Assembly (NCBI GenBank): GCA_963695875.1
Contig: CAVOID010000009.1
Location: 1 to 64,000, forward strand
Reading direction: 5' to 3'
Source of the DNA: an uncultured delta proteobacterium
GTDB taxonomy: Bacteria > Desulfobacterota > Syntrophia > Syntrophales > UBA2185
DNA: 64,000 bases
Shown here in pieces: positions 40,798-51,769 of the stretch (its first letter is position 1; each line of letters starts with the position of its first letter). Under the pieces are notes generated by a model. It was not told the origin of the DNA and did no database searches. It saw only the letters and a program-made list of their open reading frames with translations. A program made the position numbers and the translations under genes.

Positions 40798-42030
40798 TTA
40801 CCTCTTGATGTTTATCAGTTCCGTAAGCATCGCGTCCTCGGTGGTAATGACCCGTGCGTTTGCTGAGTAGGATTTCTGGGCCGTGATCATATTAATGAAC
40901 TCCGTAGCTATATCCGTATTCGACATCTCGAGGCTGTTTGCCGATACGTTGCCCATTCCGGAAGCGCCCGGAACGTTTCTGATGGCCGGTCCCGATGTTA
41001 CCGTTTCGCCGAACAGATTGGAACCCATCTTTCTCAAACCCCAGGTATTATCGAAATCAGCTAATACTATCTGGGCCAGGTCCGACGTCTGCCCGTTTGT
41101 GAAGAAACCACCGATTGTTCCATCATTCCTCACAGAAAGGCTTTTCAAAAGACCGGAGGCATAGCCGTCATTGGTCAGAGATTTAATGACGGATGTACTC
41201 GCATAACCTGTCATGCTCAAAGCATCAGGGCTGATCATGTCCCAGGTGAGAGTATTACCGGCACCAATGGTGACTCCGCTGGGGAGCGCTGCAGCTGCAA
41301 AGGTAATGGTGTTATTAGCGGGCCCGATAAGATTACCATCGGCATCAAAATGGAAAACTGCAGTGGTCTGGGTTGCAGCATCCGTTCCATCCAAATCAAC
41401 CACAATGTTCCAGGTACTGGAGTCGCCGGCCGCTGTTGCGGCCTTTGTGTATGTAACACCGAGGCTGTGTTTATCTCCCAGAGAATCATATACCGTCTGT
41501 GTGGTCGTATAGGTGTCAGCTAATGCAGTGTCGGAGTCCAGATTCGCGCCAACGGAGAAGGTGGTTGACGTTGCCGGGGCTGACTGGACATTTCTCAGAG
41601 AAATATCCGTAATCATTCCCGTGGCGGCGCCGAAGAAATTATAACCCTGAAGCTTATAGCCATTCGTATCGACAAGATTACCGTTACTATCTAAATGAAA
41701 GGCTCCTGCCCGCGTGTAATACGAGGCACCGTCTTGATCGTTCACTATAAAAAATCCGTCCCCGTCAATGGCGACATCCGTTGCGTTTCCCGTCGATTCA
41801 AAAGAACCGGGGCCGAATAGTGTGCCCACCTCTGATACCTCGACGCCACGGCCCACCTGCATAGACCCCGATGAGCCGCCCGATATACTCTGGCTCAAGA
41901 CATCAGAAAAGAATGTTTTCCCCGCTTTATAGCCAATGGTATTGACATTCGCGACATTGTTCGCGATAACGTCCATCTCTTTGGCACTGGCATTCAAACC
42001 TGAAATTCCTGCCCATAATGCACTTCCCAT
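40798..42030 (-). CDS. flgE: hook protein FlgE
   Basis: ANNVANVNTIGYK, DVAIDGDGFF, YTRAGAF, VYDSLG, LEMSNTDIATEFINMITAQ. Confidence 0.96.
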   Translation of the reverse strand: MGSALWAGISGLNASAKEMDVIANNVANVNTIGYKAGKTFFSDVLSQSISGGSSGSMQVGRGVEVSEVGTLFGPGSFESTGNATDVAIDGDGFFIVNDQDGASYYTRAGAFHLDSNGNLVDTNGYKLQGYNFFGAATGMITDISLRNVQSAPATSTTFSVGANLDSDTALADTYTTTQTVYDSLGDKHSLGVTYTKAATAAGDSSTWNIVVDLDGTDAATQTTAVFHFDADGNLIGPANNTITFAAAALPSGVTIGAGNTLTWDMISPDALSMTGYASTSVIKSLTNDGYASGLLKSLSVRNDGTIGGFFTNGQTSDLAQIVLADFDNTWGLRKMGSNLFGETVTSGPAIRNVPGASGMGNVSANSLEMSNTDIATEFINMITAQKSYSANARVITTEDAMLTELINIKR

Positions 42031-42123
42031 TTTTATGTCCTCCTTAATATATTTATATTTTGTTTATATTTGTAGCTTTTTTAAAGCCCTCATATCTAAT
42101 CGCCAAAGTCTCTCTCTATGGTA

Positions 42124-42782
42124 TTAATTCACCGGCTTCCTGACGGATATGATGTCGCTGAAAGCGATATCTTGTCCGTTCACAGTAAGGTAAGGCACAC
42201 CGTTCTTGAACGTAGTGCTCGTTACCTTGCCCGTCACCATCGTGGTTGGAGATACATCCTTCCCGCTAGCGTCGGTCGCGGACACTCTCAAAGGTGTAAG
42301 TCCCTGCTGGAACGTTCAAACAACTCCAGGTCAGACGAATTAATACCCGCCTTTTGAGATCCAAGGCTAAGTGTTCTTACTAGTGCACCTTGAGCATCGT
42401 AAATTTTAACGACCCCTTGTTTAACATCACTCGGCAGATTATAGTACAGAGTGTTTGTCGATCCTTGGACTTCGGTGGTATTTCCATTGGCGGATACTTC
42501 GTTGCCAATGAGATTGACCAGCTGGCTGTTACTCATCGACGAAATGGAGGTCCCCAGAGATCCAAGCTGTGTGCTCATGTTCTGCAATTGCTCGAGACTC
42601 GAGAACTGGGCAAGTTGGGCGGCAAAATCCTTTCCATCGAGGGGATTGAGAGGATCCTGATTTTTGAGCTGAGCAATCAGCATCTTGAGAAAATCTTCCT
42701 TTCCCAGCACGTTCTTGTTCGACTGGCTTGCACTTGTGGTCCCACTGTTAATGCCTGTTACTGTAGTACTCATACTGTTCAC
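42124..42782 (-). CDS. flgD: hook cap FlgD; two +1 frameshifts near 42334 and 42285
   Basis: LGKEDFLKMLIAQLKNQDPLNP..FAAQLAQFSSLEQ; corrected C-terminus ..GTYTF..GKVTS..FKNGVPYL.V. Confidence 0.94.
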
Positions 42783-42803
42783 CTCACATACATCATTTGT
42801 TAG

Positions 42804-44412
42804 CTATACAAATAAACTGATAATACCCAAAGAGGGTTCATTCAACTCACTGCCGCCTGATTGTAATAATTGAAGGGCAGGATGATCCTCTTTTGCATTG
42901 TTCCTTCCTCCTCGCCCTGTCATCAAATAGGGCACCTCCCCCCGGCTGAAATCCCTGATTACCATCATATGATCTATCGTGGACAAGGACATCAAAGCGG
43001 TCAATATTTAATCCCTGACCTTGAAGGGCAGTTTTTAATTGGTCGAGATTAGCGTGTAAAACTTGCTTAACCTCATGATTATCTGCAATCAGTAACATCC
43101 GGACCGTATCATGCTGAACCCTGACATCCATATTCAGTGTGCCCAGATTTGGCGGTTCCAGAGTAATAACAATCCTGCCGGAATCCTTCTTGAGCATATT
43201 CGAAGCAGCGTCCATAATCTGATCAGCAACATCCTGGAAACGAAGAGGCGTAATGACGTCCCCATTAATGTTTGTCCATGATCTGCTATCATTACCCTTT
43301 ATCGCGGGATAATCAGCCTGGGCTGTCCATAGAGAAGTATCGGTCTTTACGATAATGCTTTCATTACTAACTCTCTCAGCAGACTTTTCTAACTTCGGCC
43401 CGGCTTCGAAAACGCTTTTATAACCCGGCGTATTTTCACTCAGTGCTTTTAACTGATTAGACGAAATTGTATTTTCTTTTGCTCCTTCCGGCTTAAGTGA
43501 ATCGCTTTTTAATAATATCTCATGTTCTCTCGTATTAGTTGAAACTTTGCTTATCTTTACTTCCTTGATATCAGATACTTTCGAAAGGTCTATGTCACCA
43601 TCACATTGATTATCTTCCGATCCCTCAGCGGAACGGGAAACTTTCATTCCTTCAAGCACATCTTTTTTAACGTGATCATTTCCTTTCAAACTGCCAGCTG
43701 ATAGTACTCCAGAATCATGGCCTGTTTTCTCCTCCATAAGCGTTGCCTCTCCTGAAGGCGGCTTTTGCACACCATCTAATCCACTAACGATCTTTTTCAA
43801 CGAAATTCTATTATCCTTTTCTAACGTAGATTTAATTTGTCCAACATCAACATCCTTTTCGGGCGATCCTTCTGGCAGATTCAATTTATTTCTTTCTTTA
43901 TCGATACTTCCTTTCTCCATTAGGATTTGAGATTTGTCCAACTTTCCGAGAGGAACTTCCCCTTTAGTTTTTATGTCTGCCGTTACTTTCAATGATGAAG
44001 TCTCAAGGTAACGTTTCATATCCTTGTCTAGAGACTTCTGCGCTCTAAAAGGAATAGCATCTATTCCGCCATTCACTCCCTTTGCTCCCTTTTGGGACGA
44101 ATTGCCTCGGCCGTCCTTAACACCATGCAATTCCCCCTCAACTTCATCTTTCCCTGCAGTTGATTCCATCTGGCAACTTATAGAACTGTCCTTTTCGTTA
44201 TTACCTTTCTCAATTGAAAAGAAAATGCCCTTTTGCTTCATTATACTGGCAAATGAACCCGCTCCTCCGATGAGTTCAAATAGCCCTGTCATCTTTTGCT
44301 TACCATTTATCGTCTTCTTGGTCTTGGAAACAACCTGAGAAGCTGTCTGATCATAATTACTTTCGCTTAATATCAACTGTGTTATCGAAGGATTCATTCG
44401 TTCCTCTGGCAA
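42804..44412 (-). CDS. fliK: hook-length control protein FliK; +1 frameshift near 42919
   Basis: Long low-complexity N-region; ITLEPPNLG.L, VKQVL.ANLDQLK.ALQGQGL; upstream of flgD. Confidence 0.9.
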
Positions 44413-44429
44413 GTTTTACAAATTGCATG

Positions 44430-44445
44430 AGCAAGAGGCATGCCA
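44430..44445 (-). promoter_or_regulatory. sigma54 promoter of fliK-flgD-flgE
   Basis: TGGCAT-GCCTC-TTGCT. Confidence 0.88.
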
Positions 44446-44610
44446 TGAAGTGCTCAAATTAAATTACCAATATTTTTAAAGTGTTATGTTGATTGTGAAT
44501 TTATGAGACTTTCAGGAAGGCAAATATTGCCCACCACATTAAGGTGAATTCGACAAAAAATACCTACGAGGGAAAAGGGGAGAAAGGTCGGAATGATGCG
44601 ATGAAGGTAT

Positions 44611-45189
44611 TTACATCCTTGTGATAGTCTTTGCGATTTCTACGGCTTTCTCAGGATTGAAATACTCCCACACAGCGCCGGCTTTCTTATTCTTCATCTG
44701 CATGATAATTCCGGCTGCTGTCTTATTATCCATCTTACTGAAAAGGGTAGCCACCTTATCGGGTGGAGTAGCATCATATTCCTTGGCCAATTCTTTAATT
44801 CTTTTGTTTTCTTCTTTATCAGATTCTTGAGAAACAGGTGTCTTTCCTTCCGGGCCCTGAAGTATTTCTATTTTTCCTGCAACTTCTTTTTTCAGCGAAT
44901 TAAGTCTTTTTTCCTCAAATCTAATAAAATTTTCTTTGTCTTCGAGTTGCCTTCGTCTATCTTCAAGGGAAACCATCAGATTTCTTTCATTCGTCAAGGT
45001 ATCCTCAAAAACATCTCTTACCAGAGTGCTGCCTGTTGTTTGTGAGGATGAATCAGCCAGTGCAGGATTAACAGACCATAACGAAATATTATATAACTCT
45101 GATCTTTTCACAATTTCTCCTATGGCAAATAGCTTCGCCAAAAATAGGAATATTATGAGGATTTCAAATGCAATGAATATTCTCTTCAT
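44611..45189 (-). CDS. MotE/FlgY-family (MgtE-N-like) protein
   Basis: TM, coiled coil, LAKEYDATPPDKVATLFSKMD...AAGII.QM..KKAG; downstream of fliJ. Confidence 0.85.
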   Translation of the reverse strand: MKRIFIAFEILIIFLFLAKLFAIGEIVKRSELYNISLWSVNPALADSSSQTTGSTLVRDVFEDTLTNERNLMVSLEDRRRQLEDKENFIRFEEKRLNSLKKEVAGKIEILQGPEGKTPVSQESDKEENKRIKELAKEYDATPPDKVATLFSKMDNKTAAGIIMQMKNKKAGAVWEYFNPEKAVEIAKTITRM

Positions 45190-45629
45190 TTTCTCATACC
45201 ATTACCGAATTTTATTATCGAAAAATCATCTAATTCTTTGCGGTCTTTCGCTGCTGTTTCAAAAATATATTCAGCCATTCTTTTCTCCCGGAGGGTCTCC
45301 ATAGCCTTTCTTTTTTTTACAGCTTCAAGGAGGTCCTCACGTTTAGCATTGGCTTCTTCCTCCGCTTTACAAACAATACCAACCTGCTTTTCTTCTTTGC
45401 ACTTCAGGTATTCAATGAAGGCAAAGTGCCGTTGTATCACATCGGGACGAAGGGAATTTGCCTGCATTTTTACAAAATGTCGGATCAACGCATTCTTTTC
45501 CTTTTTTAAATCTTCTAAAACATCCCTCGCTGCCTGCAGACGCTTCATTGCGTCGGAAAATGCAAGCTGACATTGCTCTTCTATTTGCGCTCTATAGTTT
45601 AATACTGACTCCATCTCAAATTGAAACAT
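45186..45629 (-). CDS. fliJ: export protein FliJ
   Basis: FQFEMESVLNYR...EE, L.EA.KKRKAMETLREK, KELDD. Confidence 0.92.
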   Translation of the reverse strand: MFQFEMESVLNYRAQIEEQCQLAFSDAMKRLQAARDVLEDLKKEKNALIRHFVKMQANSLRPDVIQRHFAFIEYLKCKEEKQVGIVCKAEEEANAKREDLLEAVKKRKAMETLREKRMAEYIFETAAKDRKELDDFSIIKFGNGMRK

Positions 45630-45640
45630 ACTTGAAAGTC

Positions 45641-47002
45641 CTATTCAAGCAAGGTAAACAGATCGCGTCTGCTTTCCGCAAAACTTACTTTTTCATCGAT
45701 GGCCTGCATTAAAAAGGTATTCACTCTGCCAATCATTTCAATAGCAAAATCCACTTCCCGATTACTGCCTTTAACATAGGCTCCTATATTTATCAGGTCC
45801 TCCGCCTTTTTGTATGTTGCAAGGATGTTTAATATATGACCGGCTTTCCCCTTGTGCTCATCATCCACAATGTCAATCATGACCCTGCTGATACTGCTTA
45901 GAACATCTACCGCCGGATAATGATTCTTCGTCGCCAAGTCACGAGACAACACAATATGTCCATCCAGAATTGATCTTGCCGCGTCCGCTATCGGTTCATC
46001 AAAGTCATTGCCTTCAACTAAAACTGCATAAAGACCGGTTATGCTCCCCTTGCCTTCTACGGCACCAACTCTCTCAAGGAGCTTCGGCATAAGGCTGAAA
46101 ACTGAAGGGGTATATCCTTTTGTCGTCGGCGGCTCCCCGATGGAAAGACCGACTTCTCGCTGGGCCATGGCAAACCTTGTCAGAGAATCAACCATAAGGA
46201 GTACATCACTCCCCTGATCCCTGAAATATTCGGCAATAGATGTTGCGACATATGCCGCTCTCATTCTTATGATTGGATGCGTATCAGACGTAGCAACAAC
46301 AACAACCGATCTATCCAGACCTTCTTTACCGAGATTCTTTTCCAGAAACTCCCGGACTTCCCGTCCTCTCTCACCGATGAGCCCTATGACGTTCACATCA
46401 GCCCTGGTGTTTTTTGCCATCATCCCTAAAAGAATACTCTTCCCAACACCGGATCCGGAAAAAACCCCCATTTTCTGCCCTTTCCCGCAGGTGAGCAGCG
46501 CATTTATAGCCCTTATTCCGAGATCCATCACCTCTGTAACCCGCTTCCTCCACATTGGATTGATTGGACTGAAATATACGGGGTATTCGGCCTGGAACTC
46601 GATCGGCCCCTTGCCGTCAATAGGATTCCCCATACCATCAATCACGCGTCCTAGGAGGCCTCTCCCGACTCTGATATCCGCCTTCTTTCCAAGTGATACA
46701 ATCTTGCAGCCTGGGCCCACCCCGCGAATCTCATCGAGCGGCATCATCAGAACCTTGTCCGTCTTGAAACCTACGACCTCGGCACTGAGCGGCTCCCTAT
46801 GGCCATTTGCATAAATTTCACACATTTCACCGACAGAAGTGCAGGGGCCATGACCCTCCACCACCAGACCTATGACCTGGCTTACTTTACCGCAAACTTT
46901 GATAGGATTTGCCAGTTCAATTAATCTTTGACATTTTTCAAAGTTGAACGCTGTTGCAGCCGCCGCTTCTTCCACCGTGTGCACCTCTTTTCGAAAAGTC
47001 AT
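45641..47002 (-). CDS. fliI: export ATPase FliI
   Basis: GSGVGKS Walker A, LIGERGREV, DSLTRFAMAQRE, RSILDGHIVL. Confidence 0.97.
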   Translation of the reverse strand: MTFRKEVHTVEEAAAATAFNFEKCQRLIELANPIKVCGKVSQVIGLVVEGHGPCTSVGEMCEIYANGHREPLSAEVVGFKTDKVLMMPLDEIRGVGPGCKIVSLGKKADIRVGRGLLGRVIDGMGNPIDGKGPIEFQAEYPVYFSPINPMWRKRVTEVMDLGIRAINALLTCGKGQKMGVFSGSGVGKSILLGMMAKNTRADVNVIGLIGERGREVREFLEKNLGKEGLDRSVVVVATSDTHPIIRMRAAYVATSIAEYFRDQGSDVLLMVDSLTRFAMAQREVGLSIGEPPTTKGYTPSVFSLMPKLLERVGAVEGKGSITGLYAVLVEGNDFDEPIADAARSILDGHIVLSRDLATKNHYPAVDVLSSISRVMIDIVDDEHKGKAGHILNILATYKKAEDLINIGAYVKGSNREVDFAIEMIGRVNTFLMQAIDEKVSFAESRRDLFTLLE

Positions 47003-47706
47003 TTCTTACGGGATATGGCTTTCCTGACCTCATGAAGTTGCTGATCCAATCTTGCATCCACCTCACCAGACGATGTTTCGATAACTACCCCGCCCCGACT
47101 GATGCTGTTATCTTCCACAACCGACATGTTCCTGATATCTTCGAAACTATCAATAATTCCCGGATTTATCTCCAGTATATATCGATAGTCTTCAGGGTTC
47201 AGTCTAACCCTTATCCCTTCTTTATCAAGCACTTGTTTTACCGCACTTTTCAGAACATCATGTACAATATCTCTGTTTGTCGTAACCTCTTTGTGAATGA
47301 CCTTCTCGGTAACAGAAAATACAAGATTTAATATCTTATCCTCATTACTTTCCAGGTTTTCTTTTTTCAATCTATCCAGTTCCCTCATTGAATTTGTAAG
47401 GGCTTCTGCGGCTTGAAATAACCTTTTTTTCTCATTTTCAGTACCCTCTCTAATTCCTTCTGAATATCCTTTAGCGTAGGCTTCCTTCTTTGACTTTTCA
47501 ATATTCGATGTCGTTTCGGCCTCAATGGAATTGTAAGCGGTTCTCCCCTTCTTATCTCCCTTGATTCTGATATCCCCTTCCACTTTAGAATAAAACCTTA
47601 CGAATTCCGGTGTAGTACTTTCAGCCGTATTTACCATATCAACATTCTTGCATTTGATGACCTTTTTAGACAAGTTGGTCACCCCCCTCACCGCGGATAA
47701 TGACAA
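46999..47706 (-). CDS. fliH: FliH (start probably near 47673)
   Basis: AYAKGYSEGIREG GxxxG repeats, VRLNPED, GGVVIET..G.VDA. Confidence 0.92.
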   Translation of the reverse strand: MSLSAVRGVTNLSKKVIKCKNVDMVNTAESTTPEFVRFYSKVEGDIRIKGDKKGRTAYNSIEAETTSNIEKSKKEAYAKGYSEGIREGTENEKKRLFQAAEALTNSMRELDRLKKENLESNEDKILNLVFSVTEKVIHKEVTTNRDIVHDVLKSAVKQVLDKEGIRVRLNPEDYRYILEINPGIIDSFEDIRNMSVVEDNSISRGGVVIETSSGEVDARLDQQLHEVRKAISRKK

Positions 47707-48670
47707 TTTTCCCTTCTGCCTCTAATTTCTTCGTTGCATCAATAATAATTCTCTGGCTCTTTTCTATTTCCGACAACCTTATGGGGGGCATCATCTCTAT
47801 ATCCTCCTTCAGCATTTCAGCGCCGCGTTTTGACATATTTCTGTAAATAACACCCCTCATCTCTTCATCAACTATCTTCAATGATCGCCCTAAATCTTCA
47901 GTTGTTACTTCCCTTAACAGCTCCTGGATACTCCTGTCATCCAATTTGAGTATATCTTCGAATGTAAACATCTTCTTGCGTATCTCAGTTGCAATTTCTG
48001 GCACAGTCTCATCAAGCGATTTCATAACAGTATTCTCGGTGCTCCGACTCATCCTGTTCATAATTTCAGCCACCATAGAAATACCGCCTGGCTGCAAGTC
48101 ACTTACGCCGCCGACAATAATCTCTTTTTCCAGGGTCTTTGCAATGTCAACTATGAATTCATGGGGAACGCTCTTTAAGGTCGCCATCCTTTTTACGATG
48201 TCACTCTGCGCCTCAGGTGAAAGGCTCTCCAGAATTTTTGCTGCTTGTTCAGCTCCCACATAGGAGAGGATCAGGGCAATGGTCTGAGGATGTTCGGTCC
48301 TTGTGAAATCTATCAATAACTGGGGATCTATTTCCCGCAACTTCTGCATCAAAGGGTTGTCATAAGACCTGTCGTGCCCGGCTGTTCTTTCTATACTGGT
48401 CAAAATATCATGAGCTGTTTCTTCTCCTGCGGCTTTAACGATCAGGCTTCGCAAGGTTTCACCATATACTGGCAGGACTCCGCCTTTCTGCCTTGCCATT
48501 GTACAAAATTCTTTGGCGACATTATTGACATCTTCCAAGGACACACTGTGAAGACGGCTCATCTGTTTTCCAATGAGTTCAATTTCCGAGGGGCTAAAAT
48601 TCTTCATAATTTTAGCCGCCAGTTCCTCGTCCAAAGATAACAGCAGGATCGCTACTTTCTCTTCATTCAT
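47666..48670 (-). CDS. fliG: C-ring rotor protein FliG
   Basis: KVAILLLSL, EHPQTIALIL, MFTFEDI, NMSKRGAEMLKED. Confidence 0.97.
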   Translation of the reverse strand: MNEEKVAILLLSLDEELAAKIMKNFSPSEIELIGKQMSRLHSVSLEDVNNVAKEFCTMARQKGGVLPVYGETLRSLIVKAAGEETAHDILTSIERTAGHDRSYDNPLMQKLREIDPQLLIDFTRTEHPQTIALILSYVGAEQAAKILESLSPEAQSDIVKRMATLKSVPHEFIVDIAKTLEKEIIVGGVSDLQPGGISMVAEIMNRMSRSTENTVMKSLDETVPEIATEIRKKMFTFEDILKLDDRSIQELLREVTTEDLGRSLKIVDEEMRGVIYRNMSKRGAEMLKEDIEMMPPIRLSEIEKSQRIIIDATKKLEAEGKIVIIRGEGGDQLV

Positions 48671-48692
48671 AATTTCTTACAATCTATTAAGA

Positions 48693-50285
48693 CTACCGTA
48701 TCCAAAGTCTCAGCAATTCAGCAAATCGCCTTGCATCCGCGCTGGCCATCTGCCTGACGAGATCAGTTTCGTTTAGAGCTACGGTTGATTTATCTCCGAT
48801 AGCCAATGGACTTGCAATTCCTTCCAGTTCACCCGGAGCCGATGAAAGAGCTTCCCGTGCAGCAAACTCCGGCGTTTTCCCCTTCACCAACAACATCTTA
48901 ATCACCGGTTGCAGAACAAATATAGCTACTAATATCAGCGCTGCCAGCATTACAAGGTACTTTATTACAGGATAAAACGCTGTTACTTTCTCCGGCCATG
49001 ACTCTTTACCCGTCATGCCGGCATCGAATTCACCCTTGTTGAAGGGAACGTTGGTGATAACAACCTGATCACCCCTTTTTGTATCAAAACCCGCTGCCTT
49101 TTTTACCAGTTCCTCCAGATCCGTGAGTTCCTTCTTTGACCTCGCCTGGAATTCCTCAACTCCCTTATCATTTTTTACATAAGGCCCGTCCAGCAATACG
49201 GCTACTGACAACTTTTTGACATCTCCAATCGGCATGACAGTTTTGCTGACAACTTTGTTTATTTCATAATTTACGACTTCATCCAGCCGTTCACTCCCCG
49301 GTCCCTGTTTCGCAGCTGTCGAGCCAGCCTGTTTCCCACCAACAGGAGCAATTGTTGATTGGCCGCCTGCAGCTATTGCCGAGGAGCTCGACTTTTGAGA
49401 CTGACGCTGCATGCTTCTCACCACAGGTTCTTCGGGATCATATTTTTCCTCCGTTTTTTCCGTTATCCTGAAATCAAGGTCCGCGGACACTCTGACCACC
49501 GCTTTTCCCTCACCCACTACTTTTTCCAGCAGTGACTGCACTCTGTTCGTTAGATCCTTCTCGATATTCCTCTGATACTCAACCTGGGAATTAGACATCC
49601 TTGCCAGCTTAGATTCATCTTGTATTACAGACAGTACCTTTCCACTATTATCAACTACCATCACATCAGCGGGACTCATTCCTTCCACAGAACTTGCCAC
49701 CAGGTGGACAATTCCGTCTATCTGCGGCGGTCGTAATGTCCTGCCCGATTTTAATTTAACTATAACGGAAGCAGTCGCTTTTTTCTGATCTTCTATAAAT
49801 AGAGATTTTTTAGGAATGACTAAATGGACTCTGCTGTGTTGTATTTCGTCCAACCCGTTGATGGTTCGGGAGAGCTCACCTTGAAGAGCCCTCTGGTAAT
49901 TCAACTGTTGCACAAATTCTGTGGCACCGAGAGACTTATTATCAAAAATCTCAAACCCAACCCCTCCACCCTGGGGCAATCCGGAAGACGCCAGTTCTAA
50001 TCTTATTTCGGATATCTTTTCAGAGGGAACAAGAATAGAATCGCCGGAAGCTGATATCTGATAGGGTACCTTTTTCTCTTGCAATCTCGCAACAATATTT
50101 GCAGCATCATCTGCGCCAAGGTTTGAAAACAGGACACGATACTCTGGTTTATTGGTCCAATAGACCATTGCGCCAACTCCGATAAAGGTAACCGTGGCTA
50201 TAATAAGTATAGATAACTTTCTTGAAGGTTCTAATGCATTAAAACCTTTCCATATCTGGCTAAAAAATTGAATAAGAGATCCCAT
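48693..50285 (-). CDS. fliF: MS-ring protein FliF
   Basis: GFEIFD..LG.TEF.Q..NYQRALQGELSRTI, RVHLVIP, KLSVAV; two TMs. Confidence 0.97.
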   Translation of the reverse strand: MGSLIQFFSQIWKGFNALEPSRKLSILIIATVTFIGVGAMVYWTNKPEYRVLFSNLGADDAANIVARLQEKKVPYQISASGDSILVPSEKISEIRLELASSGLPQGGGVGFEIFDNKSLGATEFVQQLNYQRALQGELSRTINGLDEIQHSRVHLVIPKKSLFIEDQKKATASVIVKLKSGRTLRPPQIDGIVHLVASSVEGMSPADVMVVDNSGKVLSVIQDESKLARMSNSQVEYQRNIEKDLTNRVQSLLEKVVGEGKAVVRVSADLDFRITEKTEEKYDPEEPVVRSMQRQSQKSSSSAIAAGGQSTIAPVGGKQAGSTAAKQGPGSERLDEVVNYEINKVVSKTVMPIGDVKKLSVAVLLDGPYVKNDKGVEEFQARSKKELTDLEELVKKAAGFDTKRGDQVVITNVPFNKGEFDAGMTGKESWPEKVTAFYPVIKYLVMLAALILVAIFVLQPVIKMLLVKGKTPEFAAREALSSAPGELEGIASPLAIGDKSTVALNETDLVRQMASADARRFAELLRLWIR

Positions 50286-50317
50286 TTTATAATTACCGTC
50301 ACAGTTTAAAATCTATA

Positions 50318-50621
50318 TTAAACTTGCATTCTCATAACTTCCTGATAGGCTTCTAGAATCTTATTCCGCACCTGTATCATTTTTCTGAATGAGAGATCCG
50401 CCTTTTCCAGAGCAATTATTGCATCATGAATGCTTCCGGAATTTCCCAGTTCGACCTTCGTAATAGCCTGATCAGCATCTAACTGAAGCTGGTTGATTTC
50501 ATTTACCTTGTTTTTGAGGATAGTACTGAATTCTGTCTTGTCCCCTTGACCAGCATCTTTTACTTTATCGGCTACCGTTGAAGGCCTAAGAGCATCACCT
50601 CTAATTGATATATCAGCTCAT
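50318..50621 (-). CDS. fliE: FliE (missing from ORF track; +1 frameshift just after ATG)
   Basis: Manual translation ..EFSTILKNKVNEINQLQLDAD..SIHDAIIALEKADLSFRKMIQVRNKILEAYQEVMRMQV*; SD GGAGGTG. Confidence 0.95.
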
Positions 50622-50674
50622 CCCTAAATCACCTCCCGCACTTTTGGATATACCTCTCCTTTTTTACTGATTGC

Positions 50675-51113
50675 CTACTTTCCCATTTCCAATCGTCTTG
50701 AGTGCCATATTCTTGGAGGCATCGAAGGCCGTAACACACGCTTCATACGCCCTGTTGGTCAGCATCATATCCACCATCTCCGTCACCAAGTTAATGTTCG
50801 GCATAGCCACAAAACCCCTTGCATCAGCATCCGGATGACCAGGATTGTGCATCATTTTTATGGCTTCATCTTCTTTAGCTTCTTCAACTCCGTCGACTTT
50901 CACTGTCTTTATGGCGTCTCTTAACTGAGAATCAAAATTGCTGTTGACATTTTCAGAGGAAAAAACAACAACTTTCCTCTTGTAAGGTCCTCCTTCAGGC
51001 GTTCTTGTTGTATGGATATTGGCAATATTGCTTACAATAACGTCCATCTTCGCCCGCTGGGCTGCAAGCCCCTCTCCACATATCCTAAAGGGTGTATAGA
51101 TATTCCATATCAC
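50675..51113 (-). CDS. flgC: rod protein FlgC; +1 frameshift near the C-terminus
   Basis: GLAAQRAKMDVIVSNIAN..TTRTPEGGPYKRK, P.HPDA..G.V.MPN.N, RAYEA; corrected end LKTLEMGK*. Confidence 0.95.
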
Positions 51114-51484
51114 TTCACCTCATTAAATACGATTTTAATGCTTCTCATTTTTCTACTTAACAGTTCAACAGACGTATTATACATTAAATGGTTTTCCGCT
51201 AGGTTGGTCATCTCGGTCTCGATGTTTACTCTATCTCCCGAATCAACGATCTCACAATCTACTGACCCGGCATTTGCAAACTGTCCGGAAAAGTGCTTTT
51301 TGTCTGTCTTCACTAATTTTTTTTGCATTTCGTCCCCGATAATAGCCTTAAATTGTAAATCTTTGGATGTGTAACCAGGTGTATCGATATTTGCAACATT
51401 TGAAGTAATTAACTGATGCTTCTGAGACCGGAAATCCATCATGGAAGACAAAAGCTTCATCGTTTTATCAAACGGAAAATCCAT
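51110..51484 (-). CDS. flgB: rod protein FlgB
   Basis: SNVANIDTPGY..KD..F, VNIETEM..LAEN.L.Y. Confidence 0.94.
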   Translation of the reverse strand: MDFPFDKTMKLLSSMMDFRSQKHQLITSNVANIDTPGYTSKDLQFKAIIGDEMQKKLVKTDKKHFSGQFANAGSVDCEIVDSGDRVNIETEMTNLAENHLMYNTSVELLSRKMRSIKIVFNEVK

Positions 51485-51541
51485 AAACTCTCCTGTTTTT
51501 TATGGCATTAAAATAGTAAAAGACCATTTTGGGATTATATT

Positions 51542-51557
51542 TGCAAAGGATATACCA
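51542..51557 (-). promoter_or_regulatory. sigma54 promoter of flgB operon
   Basis: TGGTAT-ATCCT-TTGCA. Confidence 0.85.
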
Positions 51558-51769
51558 AAACAACTTCAAAAATTTCTGTATTTTCAATTAAAACCGAATC
51601 ATAATACTATCTCTTTCATTCAAAATAGTTAACAGTCGTGCACTTGTCACTTACCGGTCACTTAGAGGATACCGTGCAAAAGGTGTGAAACTTAACCTAA
51701 TCTGCAACTTTACAGTACATGGGAAAATTTTTCCGGTATCGCAAAGAGGCATTTTTTTGACTTTCCTGT

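Noticed and set aside
32667..50285. Non-flagellar type III secretion system
   Set aside because: Export genes are embedded among rod, hook, ring and filament genes; no secretin or needle genes.
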